Shown piece by piece: positions 24,704 through 31,907 of a stretch of 32,000 bases of DNA. The translations under genes were made by a program, and so were the position numbers. Source of the stretch: Kineococcus radiotolerans SRS30216 = ATCC BAA-149. GTDB taxonomy: Bacteria; Actinomycetota; Actinomycetes; Actinomycetales; Kineococcaceae. Numbering within the stretch: position 1 is the first letter of the stretch; every line of letters starts with the position of its first letter. A model generated the notes under the pieces. That model was not told the DNA's origin, did no database searches, and worked only from the letters and a program-made list of their open reading frames with translations. The stretch lies in contig NC_009664.2 in assembly GCF_000017305.1 (NCBI RefSeq), forward strand, positions 2,970,001 to 3,002,000, in the 5' to 3' direction.

Positions 24704-26035
24704 TCAGGCGCGGGGACGGCCCAGCGCGCGGTAGGTCCACCCGGCGGCGCGCCAGCGGGCGGGGTCGAGGGCGTTGCGGCCGTCGAGGATCCGCTTGTTC
24801 TTCACCAGGCCGGAGATCGTGGCCGGCTCGAGGTCGCGGTACTCCTTCCACTCCGTCAGGAGCAGGACGACGTCGGCGCCGCGGACGGCGTCCTCCACCG
24901 TCTCGGCGTAGGAGATGTCCGGGACGGCCTTGCGGGCGTTGTCCAGCGCGGCCGGGTCGGTGAGGACGACGTCGCCGCCCTGGAGGCGGATCTGCGCGGC
25001 CACGTTGAGGGCGGGGCTGTCGCGGATGTCGTCCGAGAGCGGCTTGAACGCCGCGCCCAGCACGGCCACGCGCCGGCCGATGAGGGAGCCGTCGCAGACC
25101 TCGCGGGCCAGGTCCACCATGCGGATCCGGCGGCGCATGTTGATCGAGTCGACCTCGCGCAGGAAGGTCAGCGTCTGGTCCGCGCCGAGCTCGCCGGCGC
25201 GGGCCATGAAGGCGCGGATGTCCTTGGGCAGGCAGCCGCCGCCGAAGCCGAGACCGGCGTTGAGGAACTTCCGCCCGATGCGGTCGTCGTGCCCGATGGC
25301 GTCGGCGAGCTGGGTGATGTCGGCGTTGACCTTCTCGCAGAGCTCGGCCATCGCGTTGATGAAGGAGATCTTGGTGGCGAGGAAGGAGTTCGCCGCGACC
25401 TTGACGAGCTCGGCGGTCTGGTAGTCGGTGACGATCAGCGGGGTGCCGCGCTTGAGCGGGGTCGCGTAGACCTCGTCCAGCAGCGCCTTCGCCCGCTTGC
25501 CCTCGGCGGTGTCGGCCCCGCCGTCGACGCCGTAGACCAGGCGGTCGGGGGTCAGGGTGTCCTCGACGGCGTGGCCCTCGCGCAGGAACTCCGGGTTCCA
25601 GGCCAGACCCTCGGTGTCCGGGGCGCGGTCGGCGATCCGGCTGGCGAGGCGGGCGGCGGTGCCGACCGGCACGGTCGACTTCCCGACGACGAGCTCACCG
25701 GCGCCCAGGTGGGGGATCAGGGCGTCGACCGCGGCGTCGACGTACTTCATGTCGGCCGCGAACTCGCCCTTCTTCTGGGGGGTCCCCACGCAGACGAAGT
25801 GGACGGCGGAGCCCGCCGCCTCGGCGATGTCGGTGGTGAACCGCAGACGGCCCGTGGCCATCGTGCGCTCGAGGAGCTCGGGCAGCCCCGGCTCGTAGAA
25901 CGGCGCCCGGGCGGCCTGCAGGGCCGCGATCTTCTCCGGGTCGACGTCGATCCCGATGACCTCGTGCCCCAGCTCCGCCATGCACGCCGCGTGCACGGCC
26001 CCGAGGTACCCGCACCCGATGACAGTCATCCGCAT
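24704..26035 (-). CDS. ugd: UDP-glucose 6-dehydrogenase
   Basis: MRMTVIGCGYLGAVHAACMAELGHEV (NAD-binding Rossmann motif), catalytic GFGGGCLPKD, and a C-terminal UDP-binding domain. I chose ATG 26035 (or ATG 26029). The GTG 26074 extension is unlikely because the -10 element lies inside it. Confidence 0.9.
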   Translation of the reverse strand: MRMTVIGCGYLGAVHAACMAELGHEVIGIDVDPEKIAALQAARAPFYEPGLPELLERTMATGRLRFTTDIAEAAGSAVHFVCVGTPQKKGEFAADMKYVDAAVDALIPHLGAGELVVGKSTVPVGTAARLASRIADRAPDTEGLAWNPEFLREGHAVEDTLTPDRLVYGVDGGADTAEGKRAKALLDEVYATPLKRGTPLIVTDYQTAELVKVAANSFLATKISFINAMAELCEKVNADITQLADAIGHDDRIGRKFLNAGLGFGGGCLPKDIRAFMARAGELGADQTLTFLREVDSINMRRRIRMVDLAREVCDGSLIGRRVAVLGAAFKPLSDDIRDSPALNVAAQIRLQGGDVVLTDPAALDNARKAVPDISYAETVEDAVRGADVVLLLTEWKEYRDLEPATISGLVKNKRILDGRNALDPARWRAAGWTYRALGRPRA

Positions 26036-26042
26036 GGAGCGC

Positions 26043-26048
26043 ACAGTA
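26043..26048 (-). promoter_or_regulatory. -10-like hexamer TACTGT, 7 nt upstream of the ugd ATG (leaderless candidate); possible -35 TTCTCT 17 nt further upstream (26066-26071)
   Basis: The minus strand reads TTCTCT-N17-TACTGT-gcgctcc-ATG. Confidence 0.4.
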
Positions 26049-26219
26049 GCGACACGGACGCGATGAGAGAACACCCGCCTCCGTCCGGGAGACCCAGGTC
26101 ACGCCGTTCGTGGAGGAGACGTGGCGGACGACGGTCGAACTCGTGACAGGGTGTGCCTCAAGCTCGGGCCGCCCCCGGCCGAGACCAGGAGCCACGGACA
26201 CGTCCACCGGAAGGTCACC

Positions 26220-27281
26220 ATGCGCTTGCGTCCCCGCACCCTCGGCCTCGCGGCCGCTCTCGCGGTCAGCTCGGCCCTCGTGGCCGGTGCCGTTCCCGCG
26301 ACGGCCTCCCCGGGCGTCGACCTCAAGGCCGCCGCGACCAGCCGCGTCTACGGCTCCGACCGCATCGGCACCGCCGTCGCCGCCGCCAAGTCCTTCTCCG
26401 GCCAGCGCGCCGACGCCGTCGTCCTCACCCGCTCCGACACCTTCGCCGACGCCCTCGCCGGCGCGCCGCTGGCCTCGGACAAGGGCGGCCCGCTGCTGAT
26501 GACCCCCCGCACCACCCTCGACCCGTCCGTCGCCGCCGCGATCACCGACGTCCTCAAGACCACCGGCACCGTCTACCTGCTCGGCGACGGCAACGCGCTC
26601 TCCACCGGCGTCGAGGACGCCGTGAAGGCCCTCGGGTTCCGCACCGTGCGGCTCTTCGGCTCCGACCGCTTCGGCACCGCCGTCGCCATCGCCAAGGAAC
26701 TGCCCGCCGCGCAGACCGTCTCGGTCGTCACCGGCTGGAACTTCCCCGACGGCCTCGCCGCCGGGGCCCTCATGGGCGTCGTCGACACCGACTCCAAGCA
26801 CGGCATCGGCGTCGTCCTGCTCTCCGACGGCACCAACCTCGGGGGCGCCACCCAGGGCTACCTGGACTCCCGCCGGTTCACCACCAAGATCGCCATCGGC
26901 GGGGTCGCGGTCACCGCGGTCAACAAGTACCAGACCGGCTGGTCCCAGCTCGCCGGCAACGACCGCTACGAGACCGCCTCCCTCGTCGCCCGCCAGTTCA
27001 GCTCCGCGGCCTTCTTCGAGGACGCCACCAGCCTCCTCGGCGTCGCCACCGGCGAGAACTGGCCCGACGCCCTCGCCGGTTCCGCCCTGCTCGCCTACGG
27101 CGGCGGCCCCATGCTGCTGACCGCCCGGGGCTCGCTGCCCGCCAGCACGAAGTCCGCCATCGACGCCCTCAAGGCCGACGCCGTGGCCAACGGCACCTCG
27201 ATCACCAAGGTCCTCGTCTTCGGCGACGAGAACTCCGTCTCCGCCCCCGTCTACGACGCCGTGGTGTCCGCCGTCGGCTGA
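26220..27281 (+). CDS. secreted protein consisting only of three cell-wall-binding repeat 2 (CWB2) domains
   Basis: Signal MRLRPRTLGLAAALAVSSALVAGAVPATA. Three roughly 100-aa repeats start at RVYGSDRIGTAVAAA (nt 26343), RLFGSDRFGTAVAIA (nt 26649) and QLAGNDRYETASLVA (nt 26946). Each carries the (F/W)(A/P)D(A/G)LA(A/G) and GG(P)..L motifs of CWB2. GGAAGG lies 5 nt upstream of the ATG. Confidence 0.85.
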   Translation: MRLRPRTLGLAAALAVSSALVAGAVPATASPGVDLKAAATSRVYGSDRIGTAVAAAKSFSGQRADAVVLTRSDTFADALAGAPLASDKGGPLLMTPRTTLDPSVAAAITDVLKTTGTVYLLGDGNALSTGVEDAVKALGFRTVRLFGSDRFGTAVAIAKELPAAQTVSVVTGWNFPDGLAAGALMGVVDTDSKHGIGVVLLSDGTNLGGATQGYLDSRRFTTKIAIGGVAVTAVNKYQTGWSQLAGNDRYETASLVARQFSSAAFFEDATSLLGVATGENWPDALAGSALLAYGGGPMLLTARGSLPASTKSAIDALKADAVANGTSITKVLVFGDENSVSAPVYDAVVSAVG

Positions 27282-27286
27282 CCCCC

Positions 27287-27312
27287 GGCCCCGCGCGCCC
27301 TCGCGCGCGGCC
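27287..27312. terminator. GC hairpin between the convergent CWB2 and DUF2304 genes (bidirectional terminator candidate)
   Basis: GGCC-c-CGCGCG-ccct-CGCGCG-c-GGCC forms 6+4 bp with a 1x1 mismatch. No U-tract. Confidence 0.4.
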
Positions 27313-27690
27313 TCACCCCTGCCGAGCAGGCCCGTCGCGCCCGTCGCGGCGGGCCTGCTCCGGTGCGGGGGCCTCGTCGAGGGCCAGGCGCCGGGCGAGC
27401 TGGGTGATCGTCTCCTCCAGCTGGCGCGAGCGCCGGTAGGAGGAGACGACGAACCCCAGGAACGCGATCACCAGGCCGTACAGCAGCAGGTCCGCGCCGC
27501 GCCCGACGCCCACCGCGTTCGCGACCGCCGTCACCGCCCCCGGGACGAGGATGCTGGCGACGGCGAGCCCCACCAGCGCCCCCAGCAGCAGCCGGCGCAC
27601 GGCCTGGTGGCGGGCACCGGCGGTGCTGCGCACGAGCACGGCGCCGACGACGAGGACGACGGCGATGAGCAGGACCTGGATGGCGAGCAC
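27313..27690 (-). CDS. DUF2304-family small membrane protein
   Basis: 125 aa with hydrophobic segments, the GVGRGADLLLYGLV motif and a C-terminal amphipathic tail. It lies immediately downstream of (6 nt from) a GT2 gene, the usual partner of this family. Only the C-terminal part of supplied ORF 27313..28266 is real. Confidence 0.7.
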   Translation of the reverse strand: MLAIQVLLIAVVLVVGAVLVRSTAGARHQAVRRLLLGALVGLAVASILVPGAVTAVANAVGVGRGADLLLYGLVIAFLGFVVSSYRRSRQLEETITQLARRLALDEAPAPEQARRDGRDGPARQG

Positions 27691-27695
27691 GACGT

Positions 27696-28457
27696 CTACC
27701 CCAGCAGTGTCTCGACGAGGATGTTGACGCTGTTCAGCAGCGACTGGCCCTTGGAGCGGGAGTAGTCGGTGTAGAGGACGTGCACGGGGTGCTCGGCCCA
27801 GCGCAGCCCGCTGCGCCCCACCTGGTGGACGATCTCGCTGGCGTGCGCCATCCGGTTGTGCCGGATCCGCAGGGTCGCCGCGCCCTCGCGGGAGAGCACC
27901 CGCAGGCCGTTGTGCGCGTCGGTCAGGCGCATCCCCGTCGTGCGGTTGGTGTAGACGACCGCGGCGCGCAGCACCAGGCGCCGCAGCCGGTCCAGCTCGG
28001 TGCGCCGGTCCAGGAACCGGGAGCCGAAGACGACGTCGAGCCCCTCCGCGTGCAACCGCCGCACCATCGCCGCCGCGTCCTCCACCCGGTGCTGGCCGTC
28101 GGCGTCGAAGGTCACGACCGAGCGGGTGAGGGGGTCGCGCAGGGCGTAGGCGACCCCGGTCTGCAGGGCGGCGCCCTGGCCGAGGTTCACGGCGTGGCGC
28201 ACCACCACCGCCCCCGCGTCCTGCGCGGCGCGGGCGGAGGCGTCGGTGCTGCCGTCGTCGACGCACACGACGTGGGAGAAGCGCTCCCGCAGGCCGCGCA
28301 CGACGTCGCCGATGACGCTCGCCTCGCAGTACAGGGGGACCACGACCCAGGTGGCGGGGAACCCGGGCGCGAGGGCGTCGACGGCCGCGGCGGGCGGCGC
28401 ACCGCCCGCGGGGACGCCCGCCGGGGGGTTCGGTGAGGTGTTCGGTGAGGTGTTCAC
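27696..28457 (-). CDS. family 2 glycosyltransferase, polyprenyl-phosphate sugar synthase-like (GtrB/PpgS/Dpm1-like)
   Basis: VVVPLYCEASVIGDVV...VVCVDDGSTDAS...VNLGQGAALQTG...FDADGQH (DxD region). I preferred GTG 28457 (VNTSPNTSPNPP...). ATG 28499 would leave only 8 bp to the divergent gene. Confidence 0.85.
   Translation of the reverse strand: MNTSPNTSPNPPAGVPAGGAPPAAAVDALAPGFPATWVVVPLYCEASVIGDVVRGLRERFSHVVCVDDGSTDASARAAQDAGAVVVRHAVNLGQGAALQTGVAYALRDPLTRSVVTFDADGQHRVEDAAAMVRRLHAEGLDVVFGSRFLDRRTELDRLRRLVLRAAVVYTNRTTGMRLTDAHNGLRVLSREGAATLRIRHNRMAHASEIVHQVGRSGLRWAEHPVHVLYTDYSRSKGQSLLNSVNILVETLLG
28429..28452 (-). repeat. 12-bp tandem repeat x2 (ttcggtgaggtg on the plus strand), encoding NTSP-NTSP at the N-terminus of the GT2 protein
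   Basis: Read directly from the sequence: 28429-28440 equals 28441-28452, followed by a partial third copy (ttc). Confidence 0.9.
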
Positions 28458-28507
28458 GGCCCGTCCATCATGGCGGTTGCGACGGCGTGCGCGGCGCATC
28501 GGCGAGG

Positions 28508-30325
28508 ATGGCGCGCGTGAAGTCCCTGCTGTCGACCGTCCGCGCCCTCCTCGCCCTCCTGCCGTCGGGGAGCTCGCGGTTCGTCACGGCCTACTGCACG
28601 GCGCAGGCCCTGCTCTCCGTCTTCGACGTCGCCGCCCTCGGCCTGCTGGCCGTGCTGCTGCCCGCCGCCGTCAGCGGCGAGGGGCGCCTCGCGCTGGCGC
28701 TGCCGGTCCTGGGGGACTCCGTCACCACCACCGAGCTCATCGTCCTCATCTGCGTCGCGAGCCTGCTGCTGGTGCTGAAGTCGCTGGCCCAGCTCGCGCT
28801 GGTGCGCTGGGGCGTCGTCCGCTTCGCCGGCCACGAGGTCGACGTCGCCGACCGCCTGGTGCGGGCCTACCTGTCCGCCTCCTGGGCCTACCGGCTGCGG
28901 GCGTCCTCCGCGCGCGCGGTCCGCACCGTCGACGAGTCGCTCAACCAGGCCTTCAACGGCTTCCTCATGCCCTTCTCCAGCCTCGTCGCCGAGGTCGCCT
29001 CGCTGGTGGCCGTCGGGGTCGTGGTGCTCGTCGCGGCCTGGCAGACGGCGATCGTCGCGGCGGTGTACTTCGGGCTCATCGCGGTGCTGCTCTACTCCGT
29101 CATCGCCAAGCGCGCCGCCGCCGCCGGGCGCACGGCGACGGCCGCCAGCGTCGACACCATCCGGCTGGTGCAGGAGTCGTTCGCGACGACGAAGGAGATC
29201 ACCCTGCGCGGGCGCGGGGACCAGCTCGCCGAGGTGGCGCGGGAGGTCCGCGCGGGCAGCGCCCGGGCGCGGGGGATGGCGTTCTTCTACTCGGTGGGCC
29301 CGCGCTTCGTCCTGGAGGCGGCCCTGCTGGGCGGGTTCCTCGTCGTCGGCGGGGTCGCGGTGGCCACCCAGGGGGTCACCGAGGCGGTGTCGGCGATCGG
29401 GCTGTTCGCCGTCGCCGGGTTCCGCGTCGTGCCGTGCCTGACCCGGCTGCAGTCGGTCTTCGCCACGATGCACGCCCACGAGCCCAACGCCCAGGAGGTC
29501 CTCGACGCGCTGCGCGAGACCGGCGCCGCGGCCAGCGAGCGGGCCCGGTTCGCTCCGGTGGACCCGCGCGGGCTGCCCGCGGGCGCGGTCGAGATCGTCC
29601 TCGACGACGTGAGCTTCACCTACCCCGGCAGCGACCGCCCCGCGCTGGACGGGGTGTCGCTGCGGGTGCCGGCGGGCTCGCGCGTCGCGGTGGTGGGGCG
29701 CTCGGGGTCGGGCAAGTCGACGCTGGTCGACCTCGTCCTGGGGCTGCTCGCCCCCTCGGTGGGCCGGGTCCTCGTGGGGGGCCGGCCCTTCGACGAGGTC
29801 GCCGCGGCGTGGCGGGCCCGCGTCGGCTACGTGCCGCAGGAGGTGGCGCTGCTCGACGCCGACGTGGCCCGCAACGTGGCGCTGTCCTGGCGCGACGAGG
29901 ACGTCGACGTGGCCCGGGTCGAGGAGGTCCTCGCCGCCGCCCAGCTCACCGACGTCGTCGCCGGGCTGCCGCAGGGCGTGCGCACCCCGGTGGGGGAGCG
30001 CGGCCTGCGGCTGTCCGGCGGGCAGCGCCAGCGCCTGGGGATCGCCCGCGCCCTCTACACCGACCCCAAGGTCCTCGTGCTCGACGAGGCCACCTCGGCG
30101 CTGGACGCCTCCACGGAGGCCGCGGTGACCGCGACGGTCGCCGCCCTGCGCGCCGAGGTGACCGTCCTCGTCGTCGCGCACCGCCTCGCCACGGTCCGCG
30201 ACTGCGACGCCGTGGTGCTGCTGGAGGACGGGCGCGTCGTCGACGTCGGGACCTTCGACGAGGTCGTGGCGCGGGTCCCGGACTTCGCGGTGCAGGCCCA
30301 GCTGTCCGGGCTGGCCGGCGCCTGA
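28508..30325 (+). CDS. fused TMD-NBD ABC exporter (MsbA/type IV exporter-like)
   Basis: The N-terminal half has six TM segments. Walker A GRSGSGKST, signature LSGGQRQRLGIARAL, Walker B VLVLDEATSALD, H-loop VVAHRL. ATG 28508; the ORF is open from 28433. Confidence 0.9.
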   Translation: MARVKSLLSTVRALLALLPSGSSRFVTAYCTAQALLSVFDVAALGLLAVLLPAAVSGEGRLALALPVLGDSVTTTELIVLICVASLLLVLKSLAQLALVRWGVVRFAGHEVDVADRLVRAYLSASWAYRLRASSARAVRTVDESLNQAFNGFLMPFSSLVAEVASLVAVGVVVLVAAWQTAIVAAVYFGLIAVLLYSVIAKRAAAAGRTATAASVDTIRLVQESFATTKEITLRGRGDQLAEVAREVRAGSARARGMAFFYSVGPRFVLEAALLGGFLVVGGVAVATQGVTEAVSAIGLFAVAGFRVVPCLTRLQSVFATMHAHEPNAQEVLDALRETGAAASERARFAPVDPRGLPAGAVEIVLDDVSFTYPGSDRPALDGVSLRVPAGSRVAVVGRSGSGKSTLVDLVLGLLAPSVGRVLVGGRPFDEVAAAWRARVGYVPQEVALLDADVARNVALSWRDEDVDVARVEEVLAAAQLTDVVAGLPQGVRTPVGERGLRLSGGQRQRLGIARALYTDPKVLVLDEATSALDASTEAAVTATVAALRAEVTVLVVAHRLATVRDCDAVVLLEDGRVVDVGTFDEVVARVPDFAVQAQLSGLAGA

Positions 30326-30332
30326 GGGCCGG

Positions 30333-31907
30333 TCAGCCCCCCGCGGGGGGCTCCACCGGCAGCGCGGGGTGCTCCACCGGCAGCGCCGGGGCGAGCCGGC
30401 GCAGCGCGGTGTACGTGGGGACCAGCGCCGCGTAGAGGTCGGTGAACACCGGCCGCAGCTGGGCGTAGACGCCGGCCGCCGCGGGGTCGGGCGCCACCCG
30501 CGACTGCACGGTGACGAGGTCGGCGGCCACCTCCACCGAGGGCACCATCCCCAGCGCCTCCATCCCCAGCAGCGCCGCGCCGAAGCTGGAGCCCTCGTAG
30601 CCGGCGGCGAAGCCGACCTCCATGTCCAGGGCGTCGGCCAGGACCTGGCGCCACAGCGGGCTGCGGGCGAAGCCGCCGGTGGCGCGCAGCCCTTCCACGC
30701 GCAGCCCGGCCAGGCGCATCGACTGCAGGACCACCGACAGCTGCAGGCACACCCCCTCCACCGCGGCCCGCACCAGGTGCTCGCGCCGGTGCGCGCGGGT
30801 CAGGCCCACGTAGGCCCCGCGCGGCAGGGAGCTCCAGTGCGGCGCCCGCTCGCTGAGCAGGTACGGCAGCATCAGCAACCCCCCGGAGCCGGCCGGGACG
30901 CGCCCGGCGAGCTCCAGGAGGGCCTCGTGCGGCTCCTCGCCCAGGTCGGGGGCCAGCGCGTCGCCGGCCCACTCCAGGACGACCCCGCCGTTGTTGATCG
31001 CACCCCCGACGACCCACCGCCCCGGGGTGAGGGCGTAGCAGAACACCTGCCCCAGCGGGTCGACCACGGGGCGGTCGACGACGACACGCAGGGCGCCGGA
31101 GGTGCCGATGGAGCAGGCGGCCACCCCCGGCCGCACCGCCCCGAGCCCCAGGTTGGCCAGCGGGCCGTCGCCGGCCCCCACCACGAGCGGGGTCGCGACG
31201 GGCAGGCCCGTCGCCGCGGCCGCGGCGTCGGTCAGCCCGGGCAGGACGTGCGTCGTGGTCACCGGTTCGGGCAGCTGCTCCAGCTGCACCCCGGCCAGCT
31301 GCAGGGCCTCCGCGTCCCAGCGCAGCGCGGCGAGGTCGAACAGCCCCGTGGAGGAGGCCGTGGAGTGGTCCACGACGAGGGCGCCGGCCAGGTGCAGCAG
31401 CACCCAGTCCTTCACCCCGATCCAGAAGCTGACCCGCTCGCACAGCTTGGGTTCCTGCTCGCGGAACCAGACCAGCTTGGGCAGCGGGGACATCGGGTGC
31501 AGCGGCGTCCCGGTGCGCCGGTGCAGCGCGAGCCCGCCCGGGGCGGCGCGCAGCCGTTCCGCCTGGGTGCCGGCGCGGGTGTCCGCCCAGGTGATCACCG
31601 GGGTCAGCGGGCGGTGCTCGGCGTCCAGGCCCAGCAGGCTGTGCATGGCGGTGCTGAAGGACAGCCCCGCCACCCGCCCGGCGCCGACCGCCTCGACGAC
31701 GGCCCGCACCGAGCGCTGGACGGCGTCCAGGATGAGGTGGGGGTCCTGCACGGCGTGGCCGGGCTCCGGTTCCTCCAGCGGGTAGCCCACCGAGTGCTGC
31801 GCCGTCGCGGTGCCGGCGGTGTCGTAGGCGACGACCTTGGTGCTCGTGGTGCCGATGTCGACGCCGAGGACGAGGTCCGCACCCCCCGCGGTGCCCGCGC
31901 CGCTCAC
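30333..31907 (-). CDS. gntK: FGGY-family carbohydrate kinase, gluconokinase-like
   Basis: LVLGVDIGTTSTKVVAYD, and GAGDGPLANLG / GGAINNGG as FGGY motifs. GTG 31907 overlaps the stop of the upstream permease (GTGA). The ORF is open to 31976. Confidence 0.8.
   Translation of the reverse strand: MSGAGTAGGADLVLGVDIGTTSTKVVAYDTAGTATAQHSVGYPLEEPEPGHAVQDPHLILDAVQRSVRAVVEAVGAGRVAGLSFSTAMHSLLGLDAEHRPLTPVITWADTRAGTQAERLRAAPGGLALHRRTGTPLHPMSPLPKLVWFREQEPKLCERVSFWIGVKDWVLLHLAGALVVDHSTASSTGLFDLAALRWDAEALQLAGVQLEQLPEPVTTTHVLPGLTDAAAAATGLPVATPLVVGAGDGPLANLGLGAVRPGVAACSIGTSGALRVVVDRPVVDPLGQVFCYALTPGRWVVGGAINNGGVVLEWAGDALAPDLGEEPHEALLELAGRVPAGSGGLLMLPYLLSERAPHWSSLPRGAYVGLTRAHRREHLVRAAVEGVCLQLSVVLQSMRLAGLRVEGLRATGGFARSPLWRQVLADALDMEVGFAAGYEGSSFGAALLGMEALGMVPSVEVAADLVTVQSRVAPDPAAAGVYAQLRPVFTDLYAALVPTYTALRRLAPALPVEHPALPVEPPAGG
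30350..30391 (-). repeat. 21-bp tandem duplication (19/21 identical) at the 3' end of gntK, encoding ALPVEHP/ALPVEPP
   Basis: gctccaccggcagcgcggggt (30350-30370) versus gctccaccggcagcgccgggg (30371-30391). The adjacent 14-bp palindrome CCCCCCGCGGGGGG lies at 30337-30350. Confidence 0.85.

Noticed and set aside
26036-26074. Longer N-termini for ugd (GTG 26074), GT2 (ATG 28499), LCP (TTG 24592), purK (18260), the kinase (7633) and the ABC ATPase (1478/1631).
   Set aside because: The extensions lack family homology. In most cases they would place the TANNNT element inside the coding region. ATG 28499 would leave only 8 bp to the divergent gene. These are retained as alternative starts in the feature notes.
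23141-26146. A 1001-aa ORF on the plus strand, the longest in the track.
   Set aside because: It runs antisense to the LCP and ugd genes and straight through two intergenic regions, including a terminator hairpin. The translation is Arg/Gly/Pro/Ala-rich low-complexity sequence with no recognisable motif. The opposite strand encodes two proteins with textbook motifs. This is a stop-codon-poor shadow frame typical of about 75% GC DNA.
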